This document shows, in pieces, positions 50,274 through 61,457 of a stretch of 64,000 nt of DNA; the stretch's first letter is position 1, and each line of letters opens with the position of its first letter. The DNA is from Fimbriimonadia bacterium. GTDB taxonomy: Bacteria; Armatimonadota; Fimbriimonadia; Fimbriimonadales; JABRVX01. Position numbers and translations under genes: made by a program. The notes below the pieces were generated by a model. The model had not been told where the DNA came from. It did not search any database and saw only the letters and a list, made by a program, of their open reading frames with translations. The stretch lies in assembly GCA_041483895.1 (NCBI GenBank), contig JBGPGO010000013.1, forward strand, positions 58,196 to 122,195, given 5' to 3'.

Positions 50274-50307
50274 ATCTCCCTTCACAATCCCAATTGTGAA
50301 GGGAGAT
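50274..50307. repeat. Perfect 15-bp hairpin related to the 40511/40547 palindromes
   Basis: ATCTCCCTTCACAAT-CCCA-ATTGTGAAGGGAGAT. Confidence 0.8.
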
Positions 50308-50478
50308 CCAGTTGCCGGGATCGCCGGGCTGAGGTGATGTGTTGGGGTTCACGTCCGCCGAATCGTTGTCACTGCCGACCACCAAAGACCCCAACACATC
50401 GGGTACACCGATATCCCCTGACAGCCGCACAGTCCGGGGCGATTCGGAACGATAGATTTCTAATGCGGAAGAATCCTC

Positions 50479-50564
50479 CGGCTCCGCTCAGGACAGGCTT
50501 GGCTTTTTCTGCAATTCCGTTCGGCAGGCCTTCGGCTCCGCTCAGGCCATGGCTCAGGACAGGC
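50479..50564. repeat. Degenerate GCTCAGGACAGGC REP-like units
   Basis: CGGCTCCGCTCAGGACAGGC (50479), CTTCGGCTCCGCTCAGG (50530), GCTCAGGACAGGC (50552). Confidence 0.65.
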
Positions 50565-50634
50565 CTGTGGCCACAGTTGGGGGATATTGTACCAGGAGAT
50601 ATAGACGGTTGTCTACTCTTTGGGACTTTCGGAC

Positions 50635-50826
50635 CGGTGGCGGGCCGGCCCCGCCGAGGAGATTCGGCCCGGCGACGTGGTGTGGTTCCCGCCCGGAGAG
50701 AAGCATTGGCACGGCGCTGCGGCGACGACGGCCCTCACCCACATCGCCATTCAGGAACAGCAGGGCGGTAAGATGGTGGACAGGATGGAACAGGTCACCG
50801 ACGACCAGTACCAGGCGTCGCCATAA
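50635..50826 (+). pseudogene. 3' remnant of a cupin-domain gene
   Basis: [32 protein letters not shown] (cupin motif 2) with no N-terminal half. Confidence 0.75.
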
Positions 50827-50940
50827 CGTCCGGGCCGGCAGGGCCAGGTGCGGCAGGCCGGAGTTGCACGGTCAGGAGACCGGAAAAAAAACCGGCGCAT
50901 GGGTGGAACACCCATGCGCGTCGGGGCGAAGGAGGAGACA

Positions 50941-51543
50941 ATGGCCGATAAGCCAGATGACCTTGAGGCAGTGCGCAATCTCGTGGAGATTCTTGGCCCA
51001 TTCGATTCTGTAGAAAGGGAACGGATACTCAGGTGGTCCCGCGAAAAGCTTGGCCTCCCTGCGGAGACCGCAGTTGCACCCAGCGGAACAAGTGGAATTC
51101 CTGCACCGGCAACTATCACCGCCGAGGGGGCCAAAGACATCAAGAGTTTCGTGGCCGAGAAGCAACCAAAGAGCGACAATCAATTCGCAGCGACAGTGGC
51201 GCATTACTACCGGTTTGTAGCTCCGGAGGCGAACAGAAAGGAGTCGATTACGGGTGATGACCTACAGGAAGCGTGTCGCCTTGCTGGAAGGAATCGGCTG
51301 CCGAAGCCAGGGCAAACCTTGATAAACGCGCATGCGGCTGGCCTCCTTGACAAAGCCGACCGTGGATCTTACGCCATTAGCACAGTCGGGGAAAACTTGG
51401 TCGCGGTTACGCTTCCATCGGGTGCTGCCCCATCCGGCCCCCGCTCCGTTGCGCGGCGCAAGCCGGCGAAGACGAACGCAAGGAAACCGGCGAAACCGCC
51501 AACGAAGAATGTGCCGAAAGCCAAGGGCAGGAAAAAGACCTAG
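50941..51543 (+). CDS. Hypothetical protein, predicted winged-helix with Lys-rich tail
   Basis: AGGAG RBS; NAHAAGLLDKADRGSYAISTVGENLV wing-like motif; KPAK-rich C-terminus. Confidence 0.7.
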   Translation: MADKPDDLEAVRNLVEILGPFDSVERERILRWSREKLGLPAETAVAPSGTSGIPAPATITAEGAKDIKSFVAEKQPKSDNQFAATVAHYYRFVAPEANRKESITGDDLQEACRLAGRNRLPKPGQTLINAHAAGLLDKADRGSYAISTVGENLVAVTLPSGAAPSGPRSVARRKPAKTNARKPAKPPTKNVPKAKGRKKT

Positions 51544-51549
51544 ACGCCA

Positions 51550-52356
51550 ATGCCTGACTCTCACACTGCGCTCGAAGCTGCGATGAGTGATGCGGAAGGG
51601 TTACGGAGCTACCTAAAGAAAAACAAGACTCCGCAGGTACGGTCAGTCGAAGAGAGGGAGCTGATTAAGGCTAATTGCCTCGCCTGGTTTAGGAATCACA
51701 GGGCAATCATTCGGTCGTCGGTGGCAGACGACCTTCTCGAAGAAACAGATGGGGCCTACAATGCCATACTCGCGGCCGCCGATCGGGCGACCTCTCGTCC
51801 GCGATATGACGTACTATTAAAGGGGCTTCGGAAGCTCCTGTCGGATTTGCGCTCCTATGTCTTGGCACCAACCGCTGTTGCAGTCCCAACATCCGACAAA
51901 CCTCCTGCATTCGACGCCCTCGTGTCAGATCCAAAAATGCGCGAGGTGCTGAAGCGTCGCTGGATGGAATGCACGAAGTGCGTGGCAGCTGGCGCGCCGC
52001 TTGCCGCGACGGTCATGATGGGCGGTTTGCTCGAATCGCTCCTGCTGGCCCGAGTGAACCGCGAGGTGGACAAGACGCAAATATTCGGTGCCGCGACCGC
52101 TCCGAAAGATCGTCAAAGCGGCAAAGCAATTCCATTGCAGGAATGGACGTTGCGCCATTACATCGACGTTGCTCATGAATTGGGATGGATATCCCCTTCG
52201 GCAAAAGACGTTGGTGAGGTCATCCGAGATTATCGTAACTACGTGCATCCGCACAAGGAACTCTTGCACTCTGTTGCCCTTGGGGATAACGATGCGCATC
52301 TGTTTTGGGAGATCTCCAAGAGCATCTCCAAGCAAGTTCTCGCCTCGGCTGTTTAA
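51550..52356 (+). CDS. HEPN/DUF4145-like helical protein
   Basis: LAATVMMGGLLESLL, WTLRHYIDVAHELGWI, IRDYRNYVHP. Confidence 0.7.
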   Translation: MPDSHTALEAAMSDAEGLRSYLKKNKTPQVRSVEERELIKANCLAWFRNHRAIIRSSVADDLLEETDGAYNAILAAADRATSRPRYDVLLKGLRKLLSDLRSYVLAPTAVAVPTSDKPPAFDALVSDPKMREVLKRRWMECTKCVAAGAPLAATVMMGGLLESLLLARVNREVDKTQIFGAATAPKDRQSGKAIPLQEWTLRHYIDVAHELGWISPSAKDVGEVIRDYRNYVHPHKELLHSVALGDNDAHLFWEISKSISKQVLASAV

Positions 52357-52389
52357 TCCCCTCAACCTGCCGCCACGCAGGGCGGATTC

Positions 52390-53376
52390 TCATTTCTCGC
52401 TGCGAATCAAATCTGCCAAGAGCTGGAACTGATGGTTGTCGTTGACGCCCCTAAATGCCGCGCACAGCGCATCATACGCCTCCTGCTTTATGAGGACTTC
52501 GACAGGCTTCTCGTCGGGCATCACAATGTCTGCAACGAGCTCCGGTGCCTTCTTGACTGCTTCGATAACTGCCGCGCTTATTGCATCGATGTCATCGAGA
52601 GATCCAATCAGCTCCCTCAAAGCCGATGCGGTATTCTCGGACAACCAGACCCTGACGACGCCGGCGCGAACGACTTCACCAATTACCGTCCATACGAAGA
52701 GATTAGGATCGCCGAGTGGAGGAACGTCGAAGTAAGGCTGAATTTTTGCTCCCGCCTCGGATGTGACCGAGTACCTTTTCGCCCCTGTTGCTTTCTCGTA
52801 AATCCAAAGATTTGTGCTCGATTTGCGGCCACCCTGACTTGTCCTCCCCTTTACCCATTCAGCGCGATAGTCGCTTGGATCGGGTTTGAGCATTTCCTCT
52901 TCAAAATAGAGAAACTGGCGCAAACTCGTTTGCCACAACAACCAACCAGTACGCATGTCCGGATTGCCCTTGAGTGCTCCTGCCTGAATCACCTTCTGAC
53001 GCCTTTCTTCCACTAAGTCTCCGTATTGGGTCAGGATACGTGCCATGGCATCATTTGGATCGGTTGACGCTGGTGGAACGCGGATCGATCGGGTGAGTGA
53101 TGGATGCATGGGCGATGTTCCGCAAGTTTCGCGGATGTCTTTGTCCGACCTCCGACACAGCATCTTGTGCTCAACGCCGAGAGGCCCATGCATAACATCA
53201 ATATTCAGGTTCGACCATCCAGTTACGGGTATCTGCTTCGCCTTGCAGTATATGTCGCGCCAGTCGCCTTCCTCCATCTTGCGACCCATCATTTTGAGGA
53301 CCGCCAGAGCTAGTAATTCTTGTACTGCGTCGGCCTCGTCTTTTGTGAATGCCACGAGAACCTTGGGCCTAGCCAT
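52390..53376 (-). CDS. Putative restriction endonuclease (PD-(D/E)xK-like)
   Basis: IDVMHGPLGVEHK candidate catalytic motif; overlaps the methyltransferase stop. Confidence 0.55.
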   Translation of the reverse strand: MARPKVLVAFTKDEADAVQELLALAVLKMMGRKMEEGDWRDIYCKAKQIPVTGWSNLNIDVMHGPLGVEHKMLCRRSDKDIRETCGTSPMHPSLTRSIRVPPASTDPNDAMARILTQYGDLVEERRQKVIQAGALKGNPDMRTGWLLWQTSLRQFLYFEEEMLKPDPSDYRAEWVKGRTSQGGRKSSTNLWIYEKATGAKRYSVTSEAGAKIQPYFDVPPLGDPNLFVWTVIGEVVRAGVVRVWLSENTASALRELIGSLDDIDAISAAVIEAVKKAPELVADIVMPDEKPVEVLIKQEAYDALCAAFRGVNDNHQFQLLADLIRSEK

Positions 53377-55216
53377 CGACCACTTCTTGCCTCACTTCAT
53401 CTACGAGCAAACGGAACGAATCAAAGTCAAACTGGACGAGCTGGTGAGGTACCGCATATGCAAGCCAATCCGCATAAAGCCGGCGATAGTCGAACTCATT
53501 TGCGCGGTTGACGTGCAAATACCGTACGGTGAGGGCGTCGCCCGACCGGATTCGCTTCGTGATGAAGTCAAGTACATTCTCCTTTGCATACTTGTTCCTA
53601 ATGAGATGAGTTGGCGGCGCGTCACACTTCCGGCAGTGCAGGACAAGGTCATACCCAACTGCATTGTCTGATACGAACATCTTGAATGTTCCGTGCTCCT
53701 TGTCGAATGTTTGGGTGCCCGAAATGACAAAGCCAGCATCGATAATGGCGTGCTGTATTGCGGCCCATGCCTTCGCAGAGGAGTTGTGGAACACGACGGT
53801 AAGCCAGGCATCGGCCTTCAGCACGCGCCGAATCTCTTCAAAAGCCTTCCTGAGAAGCGCTTGATAATCACCGTAACTCTTACATTGCACCGCGTTAACG
53901 ATTGCTTCGTCCGTGTTATCCGTGAAGTGTTGAAGCCAGCTCTCCCATAGAAAATTCATTTCGGAATAGTTGATGTTGCTTCCGAACGGCACATCGGTGA
54001 AGACGTAGTCGATGGAATTTGCTGATAGTTGATGTAGCTTGGTTGCGGACTGGGTGCTCACCTGCAAACGCCGGTCTATTGCGGCAGCCGATTTGAAGTA
54101 CCAGCTGATCGTGTGCGCCTTACGCAGGAACGTCCTAAACACATTCTGCTCATTAATGATTGCTGGCACGTTATAGTTGGCAGTGTTGCCACTGCCCCCC
54201 CAAAAACGAAATTCGCTGAAGAGTGTCACACGCTGGTAGAGGGACGTGAGGGTGAAAAGAAGTTTCTCGCGGACGTCCGCCTCAGGCCACTCAGAACATA
54301 ACGCCCACAGATGAGCCATTGCGTGGAGTGCCCTAGTTGTGTAGCATTTGTCGACGCTGGTTATCCCTGCTGCGATGGGTTGCTTCGTGTTGACGCCGAC
54401 CGGGAAGGGGTCAGTCGGGTACCAGAGATCGGCGGGGATCCCGCGACCTTCGATGCATTCGAGTCGCCTGAGGTCCCCGGCATCTAGTTCGACCGCCTGC
54501 TCCTTATTGCTCCGCTCGCAGCACTTGTAGCCGATCTGAACGGGATACCTGCGAGTTCGGCGGAGACCACGCTTCTTGATTTGCTGATGGCAGTGTGGGC
54601 AAGAGAACTCAGCAAGAATCTTGCTCTCTCGAACAGATTCTCGCTCGTCACGGGCCACATCCCACAAAAGGAACTCTGATCGGCAGAGATTGCAGATTAG
54701 TCCGTAGCTCCACACCGTGTAGATCATCGGCGTTTTTGTTCCGCAGATCCGGCATTCAGTGGCGTAGAGGGCATCTTCGAGTGCCATTGACCTGCGCATC
54801 ACTTCGTTAACCGCATTCAAGTAGCGAACGGAATCGATGGGAGTGTTCAGATTGTAGGCGATGAAGACCGCAGCCGGAGACAAGTCCGAAAGCAATGCGG
54901 TGCGGCCCAGCTCAGTTGCAGCGATCCCCGTCATTCCAGAACCGCAGAACGGATCAAGTACAACGTCCCCATGATTAGTGAAGTGTTGGATAAGTAGCTT
55001 TATGCCTTCAGGAGGCACCTTCGTATGATAGGTATGCGCGTCGTAAGCGTAGCTGTTCTTGCCAGCGGAAATATTGAGGGCGTACGGGCGTTCCACATCT
55101 CTCACGGGCTGATCCGGCGCAGCCACCGAACCGAAATCTGGATTCGCACGTAAGCAGAGCCTCGCCTCATGACGAGGAGAGTAAAGAGTAAATGCTAGTT
55201 GCTCTCGGATGATCAT
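53369..55216 (-). CDS. Amino (m6A/m4C) DNA methyltransferase with Cys-rich insert
   Basis: HTYHTKVP, motif I VLDPFCGSG, motif IV variant DYVFTDVPF, CxxC clusters. Confidence 0.88.
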   Translation of the reverse strand: MIIREQLAFTLYSPRHEARLCLRANPDFGSVAAPDQPVRDVERPYALNISAGKNSYAYDAHTYHTKVPPEGIKLLIQHFTNHGDVVLDPFCGSGMTGIAATELGRTALLSDLSPAAVFIAYNLNTPIDSVRYLNAVNEVMRRSMALEDALYATECRICGTKTPMIYTVWSYGLICNLCRSEFLLWDVARDERESVRESKILAEFSCPHCHQQIKKRGLRRTRRYPVQIGYKCCERSNKEQAVELDAGDLRRLECIEGRGIPADLWYPTDPFPVGVNTKQPIAAGITSVDKCYTTRALHAMAHLWALCSEWPEADVREKLLFTLTSLYQRVTLFSEFRFWGGSGNTANYNVPAIINEQNVFRTFLRKAHTISWYFKSAAAIDRRLQVSTQSATKLHQLSANSIDYVFTDVPFGSNINYSEMNFLWESWLQHFTDNTDEAIVNAVQCKSYGDYQALLRKAFEEIRRVLKADAWLTVVFHNSSAKAWAAIQHAIIDAGFVISGTQTFDKEHGTFKMFVSDNAVGYDLVLHCRKCDAPPTHLIRNKYAKENVLDFITKRIRSGDALTVRYLHVNRANEFDYRRLYADWLAYAVPHQLVQFDFDSFRLLVDEVRQEVVDG

Positions 55217-55480
55217 TTTATTGGCTCAGAATGTAACAAGGATTCCAGCGATTCGTCTCCACGCCGCAGTTACCCGGCTTGAGCTGCTGTAACTTCTCCA
55301 GTTTCGGCGTTGCCACACCTCGACAAGGCTGGTGAAGGGCAGCAATTTGGCCTTATCTCACCCGGATTCCGTCTCGGATTCTGTTCTCCTGCCGCATAGA
55401 CTCTGCGATACGCGACTTTTGTGACAAACATAACCTTAAGGAGCAAAACTCCTACCCACGCGGTATTTCGGAGATATCCC

Positions 55481-57425
<1,945 letters not shown>

Positions 57426-57531
57426 AATCATCGCGAATTTGGTTTCTTCTGTGGGTGATCGGATTGGGGGCCGTCGTCGTTCTGGTCCATGCTATCCTTC
57501 ATCCAACGGCTCATATTCCATGAGGTTCATA

Positions 57532-58122
57532 ATGCGATTTCGATGCTTGGCCGTTAACTTTCTAATCGTTGGCTTGCTATTGCCGGCCATTGCGCAAGAT
57601 GTCCAGCCGAATACCCATGCCGGTGTGTGGCGGTGGGCGGTGAAGACCGGGCAGGATGCGCAGGCGGCGGATGTGGATTTTAGCCGGGCGCGCAAGTACA
57701 AGATCAGCACATTGTCGAATCTGTCCGCGCCCGGACATTTAGGGACGAATGTTGCGCGCGGTGTGACAAATGTCGAACTGAGATACTATGAGGTGTTGGC
57801 GACGGTTGTCAAGTGCAAGCTGGAGGCCGATGGCGATTATCACGTCATCGTCCAAGACTCCGGGGGCCGACAGTTGGGATGCGAGATCGTTCAGCCGGCG
57901 TTTAGCGAAAACAGCGCGTGGCACGATCAGATTCTACAGGTGCGGCAGGACTTTGAGGCGCAGTTCGGGGCTTCGACCGGGATTAATTCATCCTATCGGA
58001 ATTTGACACCCACCGTGGTCAAAATTCGCGGCGTCGGGTTTTGGGACGCAACTCATGGACAGAAGGGGCTGCCCAACGGTTTCGAGCTGCATCCCGTCTT
58101 GCAGATAACGTTTGTCAACTAG
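57532..58122 (+). CDS. Secreted protein, possible OB-fold
   Basis: Signal peptide; RWAVKTG, EADGDYH, GVGFWD, ELHPV; alternative start at 57520. Confidence 0.65.
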   Translation: MRFRCLAVNFLIVGLLLPAIAQDVQPNTHAGVWRWAVKTGQDAQAADVDFSRARKYKISTLSNLSAPGHLGTNVARGVTNVELRYYEVLATVVKCKLEADGDYHVIVQDSGGRQLGCEIVQPAFSENSAWHDQILQVRQDFEAQFGASTGINSSYRNLTPTVVKIRGVGFWDATHGQKGLPNGFELHPVLQITFVN

Positions 58123-58199
58123 AGCGACTGTGCTTTTTGGATGTCGCCTTCCAATAGCAATTTGACCGTGACCACAAGTGCCGGCGGGGACGAATCCGA

Positions 58200-59156
58200 T
58201 TATGCCCTGGGATGGGCTTTTTTGTACACTTCGCGCAGGCGCTCGTCGGAGACCTGGGTGTAGATTTGCGTGGTGGAAATGTCCGCGTGGCCGAGAAGCT
58301 CCTGAACGACGCGCAGGTCCGCACCGCCGGCCAATAGGTGGACCGCGAAGGAATGGCGGAGCGTGTGCGGGCTCAGTTTCTTCGTGATTCCGGCCATCTC
58401 AGCGTACTGGCTCAGCCGTTGCCAGAGGCCGACGCGGGAGAGGGGTCGACCGTGGACGTTGAGGAAAAGTTTTGTTGATTGCGCCCCGATCCGCTTCGCA
58501 ACGATGACAGCTTTCTCTTCCCCTCCTGGCGATGATTTGGGCGCCTTAAGAAGCACTGGGCGCGATTCCTCCACATAGCGCTGGAGCCACGTCTCTGCCG
58601 CTTTGCCGTAGGGAACCAACCGCTCCTTTCCCCGCTTGCCGATGACGCGGAGCAGGCAGTCGGCGCCGCGCAGATCGTCTATGTCTATGTCCAACAGTTC
58701 CGACACGCGCAACCCGGACGCATACAGCAGCTCCAACATGCACCGATCGCGAATTCCTAACGGCGTGGTTGTGTCCGGCTGCATCAAGAGCCGCTTAACT
58801 TCCGTCGTCGAAAGATGGTTCGGCAACCGCCTGTGAATTCGCGAAGATTGCGCCTCCCGGATGGGCGGTTCCGACAACGCGCCTCTGCGATACAAGAACT
58901 TTAGAAACGCCCGAACCGCGCACAGTTTCCTTGCGATCGACACATCGGCTAGGTTGGCGCGGCGCAGTGAGTGAGAGAATCGTTCCAGCGTGTCAGCCTC
59001 AAATAGCACCGACTGATCGATCTTCGCGGACACTATAAATTTCAAGAATACGTCGGTGTCGCGCGCATACGCCGACACGGTATGTTCGCTGGCCCGGCGC
59101 TCGCGCGCAAGGTGTGACAAGAACTGCTCTCGCAGCAAGTCTATTTGCGTTTCCAT
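58200..59156 (-). CDS. xerD: Tyrosine recombinase XerD/XerC family
   Basis: LELLYASGLRVSEL, GKRGKERLVP, SPHTLRHSFAVHLL, QELLGHADISTTQIYT. Confidence 0.88.
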   Translation of the reverse strand: METQIDLLREQFLSHLARERRASEHTVSAYARDTDVFLKFIVSAKIDQSVLFEADTLERFSHSLRRANLADVSIARKLCAVRAFLKFLYRRGALSEPPIREAQSSRIHRRLPNHLSTTEVKRLLMQPDTTTPLGIRDRCMLELLYASGLRVSELLDIDIDDLRGADCLLRVIGKRGKERLVPYGKAAETWLQRYVEESRPVLLKAPKSSPGGEEKAVIVAKRIGAQSTKLFLNVHGRPLSRVGLWQRLSQYAEMAGITKKLSPHTLRHSFAVHLLAGGADLRVVQELLGHADISTTQIYTQVSDERLREVYKKAHPRA

Positions 59157-60808
59157 ACACGTATCCCAGGCGCGATATACATCATATCATGTGACATGCG
59201 ATGCTGATACTCGCCGTTCGAATCTATTAAGTATGCATATCCGAACTGTGCCACTAACACATACTGCTCATCCAGCATGTGTTTTGTTGACACATAGCCG
59301 GGAAGCCGCACCCGATCCGCGTCCACGTCCTCGTAAGAGGAGTACACGACATAGTCGGGTCGAAGCTCAGAGATCAGTTTTGGGTCCCAATCACTTACCC
59401 GAGCTTGCACCGTCGAATAATAGAGCAATCGAAAGTCAGCAATTTGACTCATTTCCTTCAGCCGTTCGATGGCGCCAAGGACTCCAAACCCAGCGCCGGT
59501 ATCTTGAAAGAGTGGGGGTGTATAGAACCATGGGACTGTCGTGAATCCAATGCTATGCCCATTCGCGTTCTGCGAAAGCCATAGCGCCGCTCGGTCGCGC
59601 GGGTCTTCCTTGGACATCAATTCCGTGACGACGGAAAAGTTGATGCCGCCGATGACGGAAAAGACGAGGATCGCTCCCGCAGCAACGGCCGCACGGCTTT
59701 CGACCAGCGTCTCTCGAAGTCCGAGCGAAAGCATATACCCGGCGTATGCGCATGCTATCGGCGTAAGAGGCAAAATGTAGCGAAGGAACTTGACATTGAC
59801 TTCGTAGATTCCTGGGATTCCGCAGATCATGATGGTGTATGGGACGGCAAATGCGAGCAGCAACAGCGCGGTTTTTTCCTTGCGCTGGATCGCATAAAAC
59901 AGGCCGACGATGGCGACCAACGGCACACCCAAGCCCACCGCCTCGATCAGATTCCCGAATTGGAACGGCCAAGCGTTCGGCGTCTGCGCGAACACCAGCC
60001 CGTGTCCTTCCCGAACATGCTGCGCCTCGAATGATAGGTCCTGCATGAATTTTCCATTGTCTAGCAGCGCACCCGGCGTGGTGACGAAGAACGCGGCGGC
60101 CAGGCAGACGATGCCAAGAAGTCCCACCGGCCAGTTCCATTTCCGCATCATCAGCGCAATGATCAACGGCAGCTCGACAAGGATCATATTGTATTTCGTC
60201 GCCGCTGCCAGCCCCGCAAGCGCCGAGCCCCACAAAAACAGACTGCGCGCGCTCCGATCGCTCTTGGCTTCGTAGGTCTTCAGGGCCAGCAACAGGGCGG
60301 CGGTCACGAAAAAGGTGGCAGGCACATCCACCGTATGGAATCGGGAATGGACCAGATGGCCCGGCGAAATCAGCAACGCGATCCCGGCGGTCAGACCTCC
60401 GGCGAGGCCCCCGATCCGACGACCGATGAAATAGGTCAGCCCAACGGTGAGCGAGCCGAGCAACGCGGATACCACCCTGCACGCGAGATGCGCCCCCGCC
60501 ATCGACGCCGGCGACACCAATCCCCAACCGGTCGCCACCTTGATCGCCAGGCTCATTATGTATAACCATAGGGACCCATAGTTATAAAAATGTGGGTTCC
60601 AGATACCGTGGCCCAGGTCGAGCTGCGACACGTAGCTCATCAAGAGATACTCGTCCGGGTGGTAGGTCTGGTTGTGCAGCGCGTTCGGCAAACCCCATGT
60701 TATCCCGATGAGGCGAAGCAGGAACGCGAGGACGATTAAGGCGGTTGGCCAAACCCAAACCGGCACGGGCCGGCGAGGCTTAGGCGGTGCCTGTTCTGAT
60801 TCCGACAT
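59141..60808 (-). CDS. GT-C polytopic glycosyltransferase (family 39/ArnT-like)
   Basis: HPDE motif after the first TM, GLAAATKY, RYILP; many TM helices. Confidence 0.85.
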   Translation of the reverse strand: MSESEQAPPKPRRPVPVWVWPTALIVLAFLLRLIGITWGLPNALHNQTYHPDEYLLMSYVSQLDLGHGIWNPHFYNYGSLWLYIMSLAIKVATGWGLVSPASMAGAHLACRVVSALLGSLTVGLTYFIGRRIGGLAGGLTAGIALLISPGHLVHSRFHTVDVPATFFVTAALLLALKTYEAKSDRSARSLFLWGSALAGLAAATKYNMILVELPLIIALMMRKWNWPVGLLGIVCLAAAFFVTTPGALLDNGKFMQDLSFEAQHVREGHGLVFAQTPNAWPFQFGNLIEAVGLGVPLVAIVGLFYAIQRKEKTALLLLAFAVPYTIMICGIPGIYEVNVKFLRYILPLTPIACAYAGYMLSLGLRETLVESRAAVAAGAILVFSVIGGINFSVVTELMSKEDPRDRAALWLSQNANGHSIGFTTVPWFYTPPLFQDTGAGFGVLGAIERLKEMSQIADFRLLYYSTVQARVSDWDPKLISELRPDYVVYSSYEDVDADRVRLPGYVSTKHMLDEQYVLVAQFGYAYLIDSNGEYQHRMSHDMMYIAPGIRVWKRK

Positions 60809-61457
60809 TCGCTGCGGGCCTTGTATTTGTCCAAACTGTATCCAGGAAGCAGTCAACGATTGCGGGATCGAATCGTGTTCCGCGACCGGATTCCAGCAAA
60901 TCCACGCCGTCCATACGGTTCGCGCTGGCCCCGCTGTAGGCGGATGCGACCGCAAGCACGCGCGCCTCAATCGGAATCTCGAAACCCGCCGGCAGATACG
61001 GCGTTCGCGTCCCATCCCACCATGCCAGCACGTTCTGTACGACCGGAGCGAGAGAGCGCAGCGACGGGATAAGCTCCAACATGGATGCCCCGACCTCGGG
61101 GTGTCTCGCGAATGTCGCCTGTTCTGGTTCCGTCCTCTCGGCGACCGATTTGTTTAAGATTTGATAGGGAATCGCGGTCATTCCTATGTTGCAAAGATAC
61201 GAAGCCAATTCCAATCTCCCCAGCACGCGCTTGGACAGACCCAGAGCTGACCCGATCTTTAGCGCCAATTCACACACCTGATCGGAACGGCCATACCGAT
61301 CGTGGCAGCGGCAGTCCACGGCATGCGCAAACGCCCGAACGCTTCCTCGCAAGCGTTCGCGGGAATCGCGGGGCAGCCGCCAGCCGGCGTGATAGACCAG
61401 GATGGCGGTGAGGCCGGTGGACAGCAGGATAAGCAGAAACAGCAGCGGTCCGGTCAT
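60780..61457 (-). CDS. Degenerate HD-GYP domain protein with N-terminal TM
   Basis: HD-GYP scaffold (HPEVGA, EIPIEARVLAVA, GTRFDP) but LCNIG in place of LHDIG and no HHE/GYP. Confidence 0.8.
   Translation of the reverse strand: MTGPLLFLLILLSTGLTAILVYHAGWRLPRDSRERLRGSVRAFAHAVDCRCHDRYGRSDQVCELALKIGSALGLSKRVLGRLELASYLCNIGMTAIPYQILNKSVAERTEPEQATFARHPEVGASMLELIPSLRSLAPVVQNVLAWWDGTRTPYLPAGFEIPIEARVLAVASAYSGASANRMDGVDLLESGRGTRFDPAIVDCFLDTVWTNTRPAANVGIRTGTA

Noticed and set aside
58200..59156. Recombinase as the integrase of the 51-55 kb island
   Set aside because: XerD-like housekeeping sequence, overlapped with core genes and separated from the island by ahcY
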